A DNA stretch of 62,585 nt, the filler included, from Hausera hauseri (Eukaryota): assembly GCA_046269625.1 (NCBI GenBank). It is 11 parts of 11 records of this genome, joined end to end, with 100 filler letters (N's around TTAATTAATTAA, not from the genome) between each part and the next. Parts side by side here need not be neighbours in the genome. Positions count along the whole stretch, not along the records: positions 5,854 to 15,127 come from JBJURY010411033.1; positions 15,228 to 21,103 come from JBJURY010175861.1; positions 21,204 to 26,645 come from JBJURY010254625.1; 8 more parts are not named here. One strand, written 5' to 3'. Every line of letters starts with the position of its first letter. Within the stretch, counting starts at the first letter, position 1. A program made the position numbers and the translations under genes. Under the pieces are notes generated by a model. The model did not search any database, had not been told where the DNA came from, and saw nothing but the letters and a program-made list of their open reading frames with translations. Positions 10,751-21,924 of this stretch are shown here, in pieces.

Positions 10751-13700
10751 GGAGATTCTTCAAATACTTTTAAACGAGAAATCAATTATTCAAGTAATCT
10801 CGATAGAAAACTAGATAAAGACGGGGTATCTAAAACCCTCCTCAGTGCTGACAAATCGAAATCACGATTAACCGATAGCTTTTGTCAAACATATGAAAAT
10901 GACTACTCAGAGAAACGATCCTATATGACAAAGATGGAAGAAGAAAAGTCTGAAGGATTAGATAAAATAGCCCTAAGGACCGTGTCGGGTTACCTGATTA
11001 ATAGAAATAAGAAGATCAAAGTAAATATGCTATTGGATGACGCCAGCACTGACAGTTTTCTTGAAGAAGATATTGTACGACAATTAAAACTGAATGGGGA
11101 AGAAGAAAACGTTACTGTGGCCGTAGTTGGAGGCATGCAACAAAAACAAAAGATGACCAGAGTTTGCATGACCTTACAAAGTCTAGATAATAGTATTTGT
11201 GAGAGATTTAATGCGTTATCTATGAGGAGACCAACGGGGACCATGAAAGCCGTTAATTGGGTGGTAGAAAAAAGACAGTGGCCGCACTTGCGATGTATTA
11301 AATTTGCAGAAACGGGGAAAGGAGAACATGTGGACGGAATCATAACAGCCAACTATATACATCTCCATAAATCCATAAAGGAAATCTCGGAAAAACCAGG
11401 ACAACCAGTAGCTCGACTGACTCCTCTTAGGTGGACATGCGTCGGGATTCTGAATAAATGTAGAAATAACATAATACGTAACAACTTTGTGCGGACAAAT
11501 TGGACTAGAGCGGATGAAGTGAATGACAATATAAAAAGGTTATGGGAAATCGAAAATTCGATTGAAGAGAAAGAGAATTGGTCAAAATTGGATAAAGAAA
11601 TTCTCCAAGCCACCAAGGATAAGATGAAGAAAACTGAAGATGGAAGATATGAGGTCACTCTACCCTGGAAAAATAGAAGTGAAGAAGTACCAGACCCTAG
11701 ACAAATGGCGGAGAAGCGACTCGAGTATTTAAATAGAAAATTAAACTCAAATGGTTCTGTGAAAACGGCTTACGAGCAAGTAATTGATGATCACATTAAG
11801 AAAGGGTATGTAGAACTAGTGAAGAAAAGGAAAATAAAACGAACTACTGGATACTACTACATTTCCTGGTTTTAAAACCGGACAGATCTACTACTAAAGT
11901 TCGAGTAGTCTTTGATGCTGCCGCAAAGGTAAAAGAAAAGAGTCTAAATGATTTGTTACATCCAGGACCGAAACTACAACAGGAACTAGTAGATATCTTG
12001 ATCCGCATACGACGCTATAAAATAGTTTTGATTTGCGACATAGCCGAAGTGTTTTTGCAAATTAGAATATCTCCCGATGATATAAAATTTGTACCATTCC
12101 TATGGAGGATAGACGGAAAAATCTTCACATATCAATTCACGAGGTTGGTGTTCGGATTAAATGTCTCACTCTTTCTAGCGCAACTTGTAAGCCAGGTTAA
12201 CGCGGACACATTTGAACACCAATATCCACGAGCGGTTAAAACGATTTGACAGTCCACATATATGGACGACTGTATTGTCTCCGTTGAATCAGAAGATGAA
12301 GTTATTGATCTATATCCACAGTTAAAAGAAATTTGGGGCGCAGCAGGAATGAAAACGCATAAATGCCTATCAAACTCAGAACAATTATGTCAAAAGGTAC
12401 CAGAAGATGAGAAGACAAAAGAATATACTTTCAAGAGCGAAAGTAATTGTATTTCGAAAACCTTAAAATTAAAATGGAACGTTAAAGGGGATCGATTGAC
12501 CTTCGATGGTGGGGGAGGTTACAAAAACAGGTTAACGAAAAGAAGCGTTTTAAGCGCTCTGGCAAAAATATTTGATCCTTTAGGACTATTGAGTACCATC
12601 ACTGTAACAGATAAATGCATGTTACAAGAAATGTAGTTGAACGGAATTGATTGGGATCAGGATATTCCCGAAGAATTACAAAAACGTACAAGGATATGGT
12701 TAGATCAATTAACTGAGATTAACGAAATAAAAGTAAAAACATGATTAGGGATGGATAAAGTTAACAATAAAGAAATTCATATATTCTGTGACGCATCCAG
12801 TATGGCTTACGGAGCAGTAGCCTACCTCAGATGCATAGATGAAAAAGAAATAAAAACAAATATAATTGTAGCAAAATCAAAAGTCGCCCCTATAAAATCT
12901 GTATCAATACCTCGATTGGAATTGATGGCGACGTGCGTAGGGGTAAAACTATGTATGAAAGTAGCGAAGATCTTACAGATACCAAATACACAAATAACAT
13001 ATTGGAGTGACATCAAGAATGTTCTATTCTGGATTAAGCAATACTCGAAGTATTATAAACCGTTTGTTGCGAACAGGATAAGATTCATTCAGGAAAAGAG
13101 CGAAGGGTCGAAGTGGAATTATATCAACACAAGAATGAATCCAGCAGATCATCTTTCTCGGGCTACCACTGTAAAAGATATCATAAGATTGAAATCGTGG
13201 TGGGAAAGACCCTAATTTCTAAAATTAGAAGAAAAAGTTTGGCCGGAACAACCGAAGCAGCTAGAAGAGACGGAAATAAAAGAAAAGAAATTGATAAAAA
13301 CATATTCCATCCAAATAAATGAAAATACAAATATTACTCTGGCAAATGTGGAAGAAGATTCCAAATGGGACAAATATATCGAGGAACAAATGATGAAAGA
13401 ATGCAATAAAAACATGTCTAGGAAAGAAGTTGTTATAAAAATTATACGAGAAGAACAAGAGGAACATCTAAAAGACGAAATCAGTCAATTGAAAAACGGG
13501 AAGGAAATAAAAAGAAGTAGTAAAATTTTACAAGCTACTCCCATATTAAATAATGAAGGAATAATCAGGAGTAGTAGCCGCTTATCACTGATTAAATTCC
13601 TCGATTGGTCCGTTAAATACCCAATAGTATTATCCGAAAAAATGAAGATCACCAAGTGGTTGATAGAACATCACCACATACAACAAAGACATTGTGCAGG

Positions 13701-15700
13701 AATTAATCACCTATATGCATTAATAAGTAAGTCATATTGGTGTCCTAAATTTAGAAAGCTGATAAAGAAAATCCAACATGATTGTAAAAATGCCGTGAAT
13801 ATAACGCCAAAGGAGTTCAACAGCCGATGGCGCCATTACAGGAATTCCGCTTTCAAGAACCGCTTAGAGCATTCAGTGTCGTAGGAGTGGATTTCGCAGG
13901 ACCAATACCAATTAAAAAAGGTAGAGGAATGACAAGATTAAAACGGTATATATGTTTGTTCACGTGTCTAAAGAGTAGGGCCATACACTTAGAATTAGCT
14001 GTAGATCTTTCAACAGATTCATTCATACGAGTCTTGTTGAGACTTATAAACCGTCGTGGGAAGTCAGATACGATCGTGAGTGATAATGGAACCAATTTTG
14101 TATGAGCAAATAAAGAAATTTGCGAAATAAAAGTTGATACATATGCCGTAAAACAAAAATTAGAGAAAAATGAGATTCGGTGGATATTTAACCCACCGGG
14201 GACTCCATACTTCGGAGGGGTCTTCGAAATCATGATAAAAGCCACTAAGAAAGCTATATACAAAATATTAGGAAATGCCAATACAACAGAAGAGGAATTG
14301 TTGACAGTAATAATTATCGCGGAGGGAATAGGTAATTCCAGACCCATTACTAGCACTGTAACGAATACCAAGGACGACATTATACTGTCACGAAATCACT
14401 TCATCATACGTGGTTATGATGGGAAAATAAATGCCGAAATTAATGGTACTAGACAAAGTTCATCAGTCGCACGTTGGGGATACATGGAAAACTGTCTAAC
14501 GATTACTGGACGAGATGGAGAGAGGAAATAATAATAGGATATAGAAATCGACAAAACAAACATACGAAAATAGTGGAGTTTAACATTGGAGATAAAGTCT
14601 GGTTATTAGAAAATGACTCGATAAGGAACCAATGGCAAATCGGAACCATCAGTCAATTATATCCAGGAAAGTATGGTATTACTAGAATCGTGGAAATCAA
14701 TATGGATGGGAAACTAATTATTCGGCCAGTAAAAAAGATATGTAAGGTCGAGAGTGATACCAACTGAAAAAATTAATAATTAAAATAAATTAATATAAAT
14801 ATATAATAAATAAATATAGGGTTAAATAATCAGAGATTATCATTTGTTTCGTGAAAATAAATTTAGTCAAGTATAAAATTAAAATCGCCAACTCCTTATT
14901 AGAGGGATTGGATAAGTCAAGTCCTTCTTAGACTGTTGCCAACATCGTTCTTTCGGACATTAATAACCATGTACATGAATTGAGTATTCTTTAAAAACCT
15001 TCTGGTAGACATTGGTTGGAAATAATCTTAACTTATAAATGGACAAATTGAGTGAACTAAAATTTCCTTAAGTTGTTATAGACACTGTTTCTTCTGACGT
15101 TGGTATCTTACGTATAGCAATTAAGCGNNNNNNNNNNNNNNNNNNNNNNNNNNNNNNNNNNNNNNNNNNNNTTAATTAATTAANNNNNNNNNNNNNNNNN
15201 NNNNNNNNNNNNNNNNNNNNNNNNNNNTATCGTCACATATACCCAAAGACAGAGCAAATCAAACCCATTAATCACACCGATTGTGTTCAAATGTGTATGC
15301 ATGTGTGCCAAGGATGTGTGTGTGTGTGTTTCACTGTCAACACACCCAATAATAAAAACTTTAAATTCCCCATCTGTCGACTCGCAGCAGTCTTGTTCTC
15401 CTGTGTGGGGTGATTGATCACTAGAGGAGCCCCTGGTTGGATTCTAATTTAAAGGGAGATGTGAGCAATCAATAAACAGCCTACTGAAGAGTAGGAGGAA
15501 GTTGAAGATTATCTTTTAGTGCTATGGAACTATCACCATCTACCACGCCAGATGGACTGCACTCAAAGGATGTAACGCCTTGTACCAAAGTGGAACAAAG
15601 TGCTTTAGGATCTGTGCTTCACATTCATTCATTCACAGGTAGAGTCAATGTTACAATATCACGACCTGTCTGTTTTTACGGTATGTGCTGGAAATGAGAG

Positions 15701-15751
15701 GCCTAGTGGTCTCCAGTGCTAGAGGTACGGGGTTCAAATCCTAGTGAAGCA
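15701..15751 (+). mobile_element. tRNA-derived SINE head fragment
   Basis: GCCTAGTGGT (A-box-like) and GGTTCAAATCC (B-box). Similar to the inverted copy at 16514-16551. Confidence 0.5.
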
Positions 15752-15789
15752 ATTAGGATTTTTTTCTTTTGGATCTTCTCCCCTATTAG

Positions 15790-16150
15790 TGCTTGCCAGC
15801 GCGGTAACATGTACTCTGTAAGTTTAGCGTCTATCTGAACTCCTAGGTAAGTATGGTTGTTTTCTTTTGCCACGATTTTGTCAGCTAATTCTAGTTGTAA
15901 AACTTTCCCGGCTGAGGGTAAAAACTGTGTACACTGTTTTGATTAAATTAATTATCCATTTTCCAGAGACCGCAATAAGTTGTTAGTGCAGCTAGGGCTG
16001 GATTTAGTTTTTTCTGGTGTTTGGGCGGAAATTTTCCTTCTGCCCATAGCCAGGTCGTCTGCAAACAGTACATTGGGCACATTAATATAGTTTGCCAGAT
16101 CATTGATACAGATGAGGGAAAGGGTGCAGCTTAGGCTTGAGCCTTGACCG
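15790..16150 (-). mobile_element. Non-LTR retrotransposon RT fragment (C-terminal motifs)
   Basis: QGSSLSCTLSLICINDL, LFADDLAM, KTVYTVFTL, TYLGVQIDAKLT. Confidence 0.75.
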
Positions 16151-16339
16151 TTCCTGAGTGGCGGAGCGTGGAATTTTTCATAGTGTTAGCACATTATTTG
16201 TACAATGTCCAGTTTGTCGAATGTCACTACTCACTACCCATAGATTAAGGCATTAAGGACAGTTTTTACTAGATAAGATAAGATATGATATATAAGATAA
16301 GATCTGTATTTAATCAGGGTCGATAAATAGACAGTATTG

Positions 16340-16562
16340 CATTTTTACATTACTGCCCTGGAGGTAGATTTTTCCTAGAATTTTTTCCAGACAGCGGCCG
16401 TTAGTACAACTCTTTTTCCGTTTCCAACCGCCAAGGGATTTTTAACGTGCACGACAATGAACACGGACGCCGGATCTCAAAATTCAGAAATCAGGCGAAT
16501 TTATTACTAGAAGTGCTTCCACCGGGATTCGAACCACGTACCTCTAGCACTCGAGGCGAACG
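16340..16562 (-). mobile_element. tRNA-derived SINE with a Deu/Nin-like central domain
   Basis: Minus strand: AGTGCTAGAGGTACGTGGTTCGAATCCCGG (B-box), followed by GTGCACGTTAAAAATCCCTTGG, which resembles my recollection of the conserved Deu/Nin SINE core. Confidence 0.5.
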
Positions 16563-17109
16563 AAAAACAAATTTCCAATGCGTTCACCATGATTTAAACT
16601 TATGTAATTATATTGTTTAAATTAAGAGATAGTTTATAACTGTACTCGCCTGGTATAAAATTCTTGAAGAAAATAGTGACTACGTAGCTCCTATGGAACT
16701 GTATAGAAACAAAACTTTCCCCTCAAGACATTTTCTAACGCGGCAAGAATGCAAATTTCGCATCCGTTCGTCAGAAATATGACCTGTAACCACGTCTACA
16801 TCTGCTAACACTGGCTTTAATGGAGGCGGTTAATCTTCAAAAGAATCATCTCTCGGATATTCCCGATTTTTACAACAATATCTTGCCCTCCCTTCCATCG
16901 CGGATTGTCAGCCCGCTAACGTAAGGTTTGCGCGGCGAGGCGGTATGCTGTACCAGCATTGCTTTTTCACTTTTACAATGAAGAGCTACTGCCTGTAAGA
17001 TTCTCGTTGCTGCCAAATTTTGTTTTTTAAATTGCCCATTGTATATTATATTTCATTTTTTTTTTCAATTTCTAATCATCAGTAACACTGCGAACACGGG
17101 CGCGCAGCG

Positions 17110-17345
17110 ACTGCCGTTCCTTGATAGTTGTTTTCCCTGACTTCTTCCATCGTATGTTGCATTCATGTTTCGAATCGTTAAAAAAATATTTGATCCATTC
17201 GTACAGTTTTCCTTACACTCCCTTCTTCTTGGAAGAGGCCATCTCTCCACAATCTGTCGAATGCCTGCTTGAGATCCACAAAGGCTGCTGCAACATTTTT
17301 TATTTGAAAAGCATCAGTGATGTTTTGTACCAGACGGATCAGCTA
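17110..17345 (-). mobile_element. Non-LTR retrotransposon RT fragment (N-terminal motifs); probably the same element as 15790-16150, split by later insertions
   Basis: QLIRLVQNITDAF..AAAFVDLKQAFDRLWRDGL..GKLYEWIKYFL. Confidence 0.75.
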
Positions 17346-19020
17346 TAATTTGATTCTTTTCATCCCGGTAGGTAGTCTATATCCAGTGCAGGATGTCCAA
17401 AGTATGTTAGGCATTGTACCACTGTATCACTGTATCACTGGAGAGTATTTTACTTTCCCTTGCTAGCTTCAAATTGCTTCTGCTGGTGTGTGATTGATGT
17501 CCTCCATCCCACTGTTAGCTATCCCATATTCCAATATCTACTGACTCAGTGGGGCTCGCCATTGTGCAGTCCCCGCCACCAGATCCTAGATATAGCCATG
17601 TTTGGCAGCTGTTCTGGAAGCGCATGTTCTCTGTCAAATGGATCGTCACATCTTGCACACTGGTGCCTTCACTAAGAGTACAGCAAGTATGGTACTACAG
17701 TCAAGGTATCTCAGGCTGGTGGGCAACGTCGGACACACCAACATGTGCAAGGGCATTCAATGTAGTTTAGCCAGTCGGTCCAGACTGTTATCAGAGGATG
17801 GCTAATGGAATCCATACACTGAACATGTGAGGTCAAGGTGGATCGACAGGCTAAACTACTACAACTCCTGATCTCCCCATCCCCCGCGGACAGAGTAATA
17901 ACATTGCTAGGCAAACTTTACAATGATAATCATAGGGACAGAGGAATATCGCGTGATCAACAAAACCATCTAAATAAGATAGTAAAAAACATCTTTTGAC
18001 AGAGCCTGTCTATTCCTACTGGGAAGCTCCAAGAGCCCGCGGCAAACTTCATGCGGTAGAGTAGCCTTGATTGACACACTTAGACGTTAGAAACCTTCCC
18101 ATCCGAAGGTAATGAATTTTGTTTGTTTTTCAGCTGTTGAACAAAAAAGCTCACGAAGAATTTGTATAAAGCATACCACTTGCAGTTAGTGTTAAACATT
18201 TTGCTCAGTCTTTTGGCATTGACTCATTCATCGGAAACCATAGAGAGTATCTTCTGTCTGCTTTGTTGGTTGATGTTTCTGTCAACTGCGAGTGGGGATA
18301 CTCTTAGTATCAAACTGGACCGTCATCCGTTTGTACATAGCAGATGACGCAATCACCGATTCGATATTCGAGAGTCAACTTCATTGACTTACAACAGAAT
18401 TATAGTCTGTCCGCTGGAGTACGTGTAATGCATGTACTACACTGTAGATACTAATTATGTTGTTGACTATTTCCAGACTGTTCCAGGCGTGAGCGCTATT
18501 CAGTTTACATATTATTGATTTATATGTATAAGGATAAGAAGGAGAGAGAAAGATAATACGACAATATAACTGTGTATATTTTATATATTATTGTTGACTC
18601 AGCGCAGAAATATCGCGGGTGAAACTGTCTCTTTCTGGACATTGATAAAATCAAGTTTCGTTCGTTCGTTCGTTCGTTTTAAAACAATGAGATCTTCAAA
18701 TTTGGCATGTTGCGGACGTACGCGTGTGTTGTTTACCTCCTAATCGTATTTTTCTAGCTCCATTTATTATATACTTTTGATCACAATCTTGATGCTGGTA
18801 CAAGCATCCTATAATGTGAGTCTCAGTCTGCTCTTGGCAATGACATTTAAGACGATATGCTTGACCTCCGTCTTTGTTGTTACAATGAAGTATGCTCTAT
18901 TCAATTCCTGATGTTCTTTAGCGTGAGATCTATTGTTATAGCTATTATCAATGTTATTTACATAGGCTAGTTGTATTGCAGTGGCTGTTTATATTATTCT
19001 CTTTTTTTATGTTTGAACGA

Positions 19021-19797
19021 TGCCGACTTTATCGCGAGTGAAACGATGAAGTTGTTGGGCAATGCGGCAGTAAGACATTGACTAACAAAGCCAAGCACAC
19101 AGCAATATCTTATTGTCGGGGTAATGACTCTACCTAGGCCGCCAATAATCCCCATTTTAAAAAGATGATTTCAAATTTCCGACGACCTATTCAGGGTAGA
19201 AACTTTTAAGAAAAAAACAGCCTCGGACCTGCCCCAACAGATAGGATTCTTTGTGTACCAGTACGCAAAGTTACGGATGTCAGAATTTTACTACGACTCT
19301 ATCGATAAGTTCGTAGAAAGGTCAGATTCCCAGTTGTGCGATGTATGAATACGGACAGTCTGTATGTGGCCTTAAGTACGGATGACTTAGCCGCAGCAGT
19401 AAGACGGCGCCTGGGACAACAGTTTTATAGATCCTACAACCGTTGGTGCCTCGCGGACGTTTTCCGTGCCCATAGGATCCTATTTATCGCTAGAGGTGGT
19501 AATGCGGGAGTAGACTGTCAGGCTTGTAAGGACAAGAAATTATATGACAAAAAGACCCATGGCCTCTTTATGCTAGAATAGACCGTAAAAGGGATGATTT
19601 CCCTTTGTAGTAAAACATGCCATTGTTTTGGAAGCTACAATAAAACTAGAACAAAAGGCCTTACGAAATAGCAAAATACACTAGATAAGGAAACATTTTT
19701 AACAGTTTTAGACATGGAAAAGCCACAGGAAGGACAAACGTAGGTTTTTAAAATAAACAAATCCTCAGTATACACGTACACCCAACACAGAAATTCA
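19021..19797 (+). pseudogene. Protein-primed family B DNA polymerase C-terminal fragment (Maverick/Polinton/adintovirus type)
   Basis: TMKLLGNAA..KTLTNK, DLPQQIGFFVYQYAKLRMSEFYYD, MNTDSLYVAL, DKKTHGLFMLE, MISLCSKT, KGL, VYTYTQ. Frameshifted. Confidence 0.85.
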
Positions 19798-19804
19798 CAT
19801 TTAA

Positions 19805-20105
19805 GCCTTAGTAATCCTTAGTGTATAATACTGTAGAAATGTACCCTACTGTATATATCCTAGTGTAATATTATGTATATTCTGAATATATCCTATTGTA
19901 TACAATGTATGTACCCCATTGTAAATAATATGTAGAAATGTATATCCTATGAGTACTTACTATTTTGGTTAAATATCCTAGTGTAAAAGTATGTATATAC
20001 TATAAAAAAGAATTTTTTTCTATGAGTACGTTATTTTTTATATATCCTATTGTAAAAATATATTGCCTATGATTTGACTGCAAAGGTTTTTCCTATGTAT
20101 ATAGT
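19805..20105. repeat. Degenerate tandem array of about 10 (T)CCTA(G/T)TGTA-like motifs
   Basis: Recurrent atatcctagtgtaa / atatcctattgta / tcctatgagta units directly after PolB. Confidence 0.6.
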
Positions 20106-21203
20106 GAAAATAGAATTACAAAAAAGGCGCCAGGCTTTTTTATTTCTTACATACATCACTGCATCTCCTCTAACAACAATCTTATAACCTCTCCTCCACT
20201 TTCAATATCCTGGCGCAAAATCTATGTTCCTCTTCACCATTCCTCTTCTATCGTATTAACCCGGCTCTTTAACCTACGCCTGTTACACCTAAGAAACCCT
20301 ACCTCTGTTGCAGCAACACCTCTCTAAAATCTACACCTCTCCTATATCTAAGAACTACTCACACACCGAAACCACCGTGCTAATGGCGCAATACCCTGGG
20401 AAACACCACCTCCGGTACCTTCCTCCTCTAACAACAGGTTTATCCTACCTCGATACTGCTCCACACTCCGTCGTACACCATCAAAGAATTACTCACAAGA
20501 CGCAACACCTTAGGGAAACGCCAGCGTTGGTTACGTTACTCAGACAGCATGCCAGAACCAGGGAAATGACAGCCTTGATTACTGAGGCAGCACGCCAGAA
20601 CCTCATTACCCCGTATCCTAAATACTTACTCTAACTACAAATAAATACATCCTCAAATTATGGAAGCTAACAAGAGGAAAAATGCTTAGTTTGCAGAAAA
20701 AAAGCATAGTCCTGTTACTCTCATCGTGAGGATTGTTTCCCCTTACCCCTGGAGGACTAATATCCTCCAGCTATATAAGCAAATTATATCCTCCAGAATC
20801 GGCGTCGTTTTATACCTAGTAAACTACTCACTATGTGTTATGTAGGTTGTGGGACTCAAGTTCTTCACTACAATATGTCACAATGTTTCTAGATTATTAG
20901 TCATTTAATACATTTAATAGACGGTCTCTATATCCAATCACCGGCATATTTCTAGGACACTGTCTAATTTGACGAAGAAATTTACTCGTATAATTTAAAT
21001 ATAGTCTATCTCTACTTATAATGACTGTTTTGTCTGCTGTAGAGTTGAAAGATCCAGATCCGTATTTCGGGCATGAACTCTCTGCTAGTGTCCAGGTGCT
21101 GACNNNNNNNNNNNNNNNNNNNNNNNNNNNNNNNNNNNNNNNNNNNNTTAATTAATTAANNNNNNNNNNNNNNNNNNNNNNNNNNNNNNNNNNNNNNNNN
21201 NNN

Positions 21204-21460
21204 TGTATCAGCAACAAACGCCTTCGCTGGATATCGATTGTATTTTAAAAGTCTCAGGCAACAGAAAACGTACGGAATCACAAAAAACAAAGAGAAAAGG
21301 TTATACTGCCAAGACGGACCGGTAACAAATGCAACCAAATTGAAGCAGCAAATAGAAACTGCAATAATCGAACTTTGGTCAACCTCTATTCCATTAATAC
21401 CTGCATACATATTGATGGTATTCTTACAAAAAATGGCCAATGTCATTAAATTATGATTCA
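21204..21460 (-). pseudogene. DPAGT1: DPAGT1/ALG7 (GlcNAc-1-P transferase) internal fragment, cut by the contig end
   Basis: LAIFCKNTINMYAGINGIEVDQS..FSLFFVIP..LLKYNRYPAKAFVADT matches the 'FCTNAINILAGINGLE..YPSRVFVGDT' motifs. Confidence 0.85.
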
Positions 21461-21924
21461 AAATGAGCATAAATAGGAATATTATGGAATAAATAACGCC
21501 ACGCCGTAAGCCTAGTGTTTCAGGTGGACAAATTTCCTTATGGACAAAACGCAGAAAAGTTTGAACGGTCTTAAATCCCAAATTCGGAAATTCTTGTTTG
21601 ATACTTATCATGGCCCTATGAGACAGTATTTTCAAGTTCTCGTCGATATGAATACTGAAGTGTAAAAGTAGATCAACAATCCGAGATTTAATTGTCTGAA
21701 GGGAGTAACCTTGGAATGGTAGATATACAGGTTTTAAGATAAATTTTCAGCTTTCTTTCGGTAGTTATAACATTATCCAATCCTTTGATAGTGTTTTCCT
21801 GTTTCTTCAACAACATCGTACGGATAACTTGTTGGTTCAATAATTTTAACATGGTATCAAAGGCTTGTCCAATGAGATTAATGTAAATACTAAATAAGGC
21901 TGTGTTCGTGTCGTTTAATGTCAT

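Larger units (their letters stand above)
9312..14767 (+). mobile_element. BEL/Pao LTR retrotransposon gag-pol polyprotein, degenerate; LTRs not identified
   Basis: Gag PKLKRVELPKFGGNVAEFEKW (DUF1759-type); protease LLDDASTDSF; RT TTKVRVVFDAAA, LHPGPKLQ, YMDD; IFDPLG; RNase H IHIFCDASSMAYGAVAY, SIPRLEL, NPADHLSR; integrase GVDFAGP, SDNGTNF, PYFGGVFE; C-terminal RPVKKICKV. Many stops and frameshifts. Confidence 0.93.

Noticed and set aside
9653-14380. Antisense ORFs over the BEL/Pao element (and similar shadow ORFs elsewhere)
   Set aside because: Shadows of the purine-rich sense coding strand, with no motifs.
15701-16562. Functional nuclear tRNA genes
   Set aside because: Only B-box/T-arm similarity, with no full cloverleaf; treated as SINE heads.
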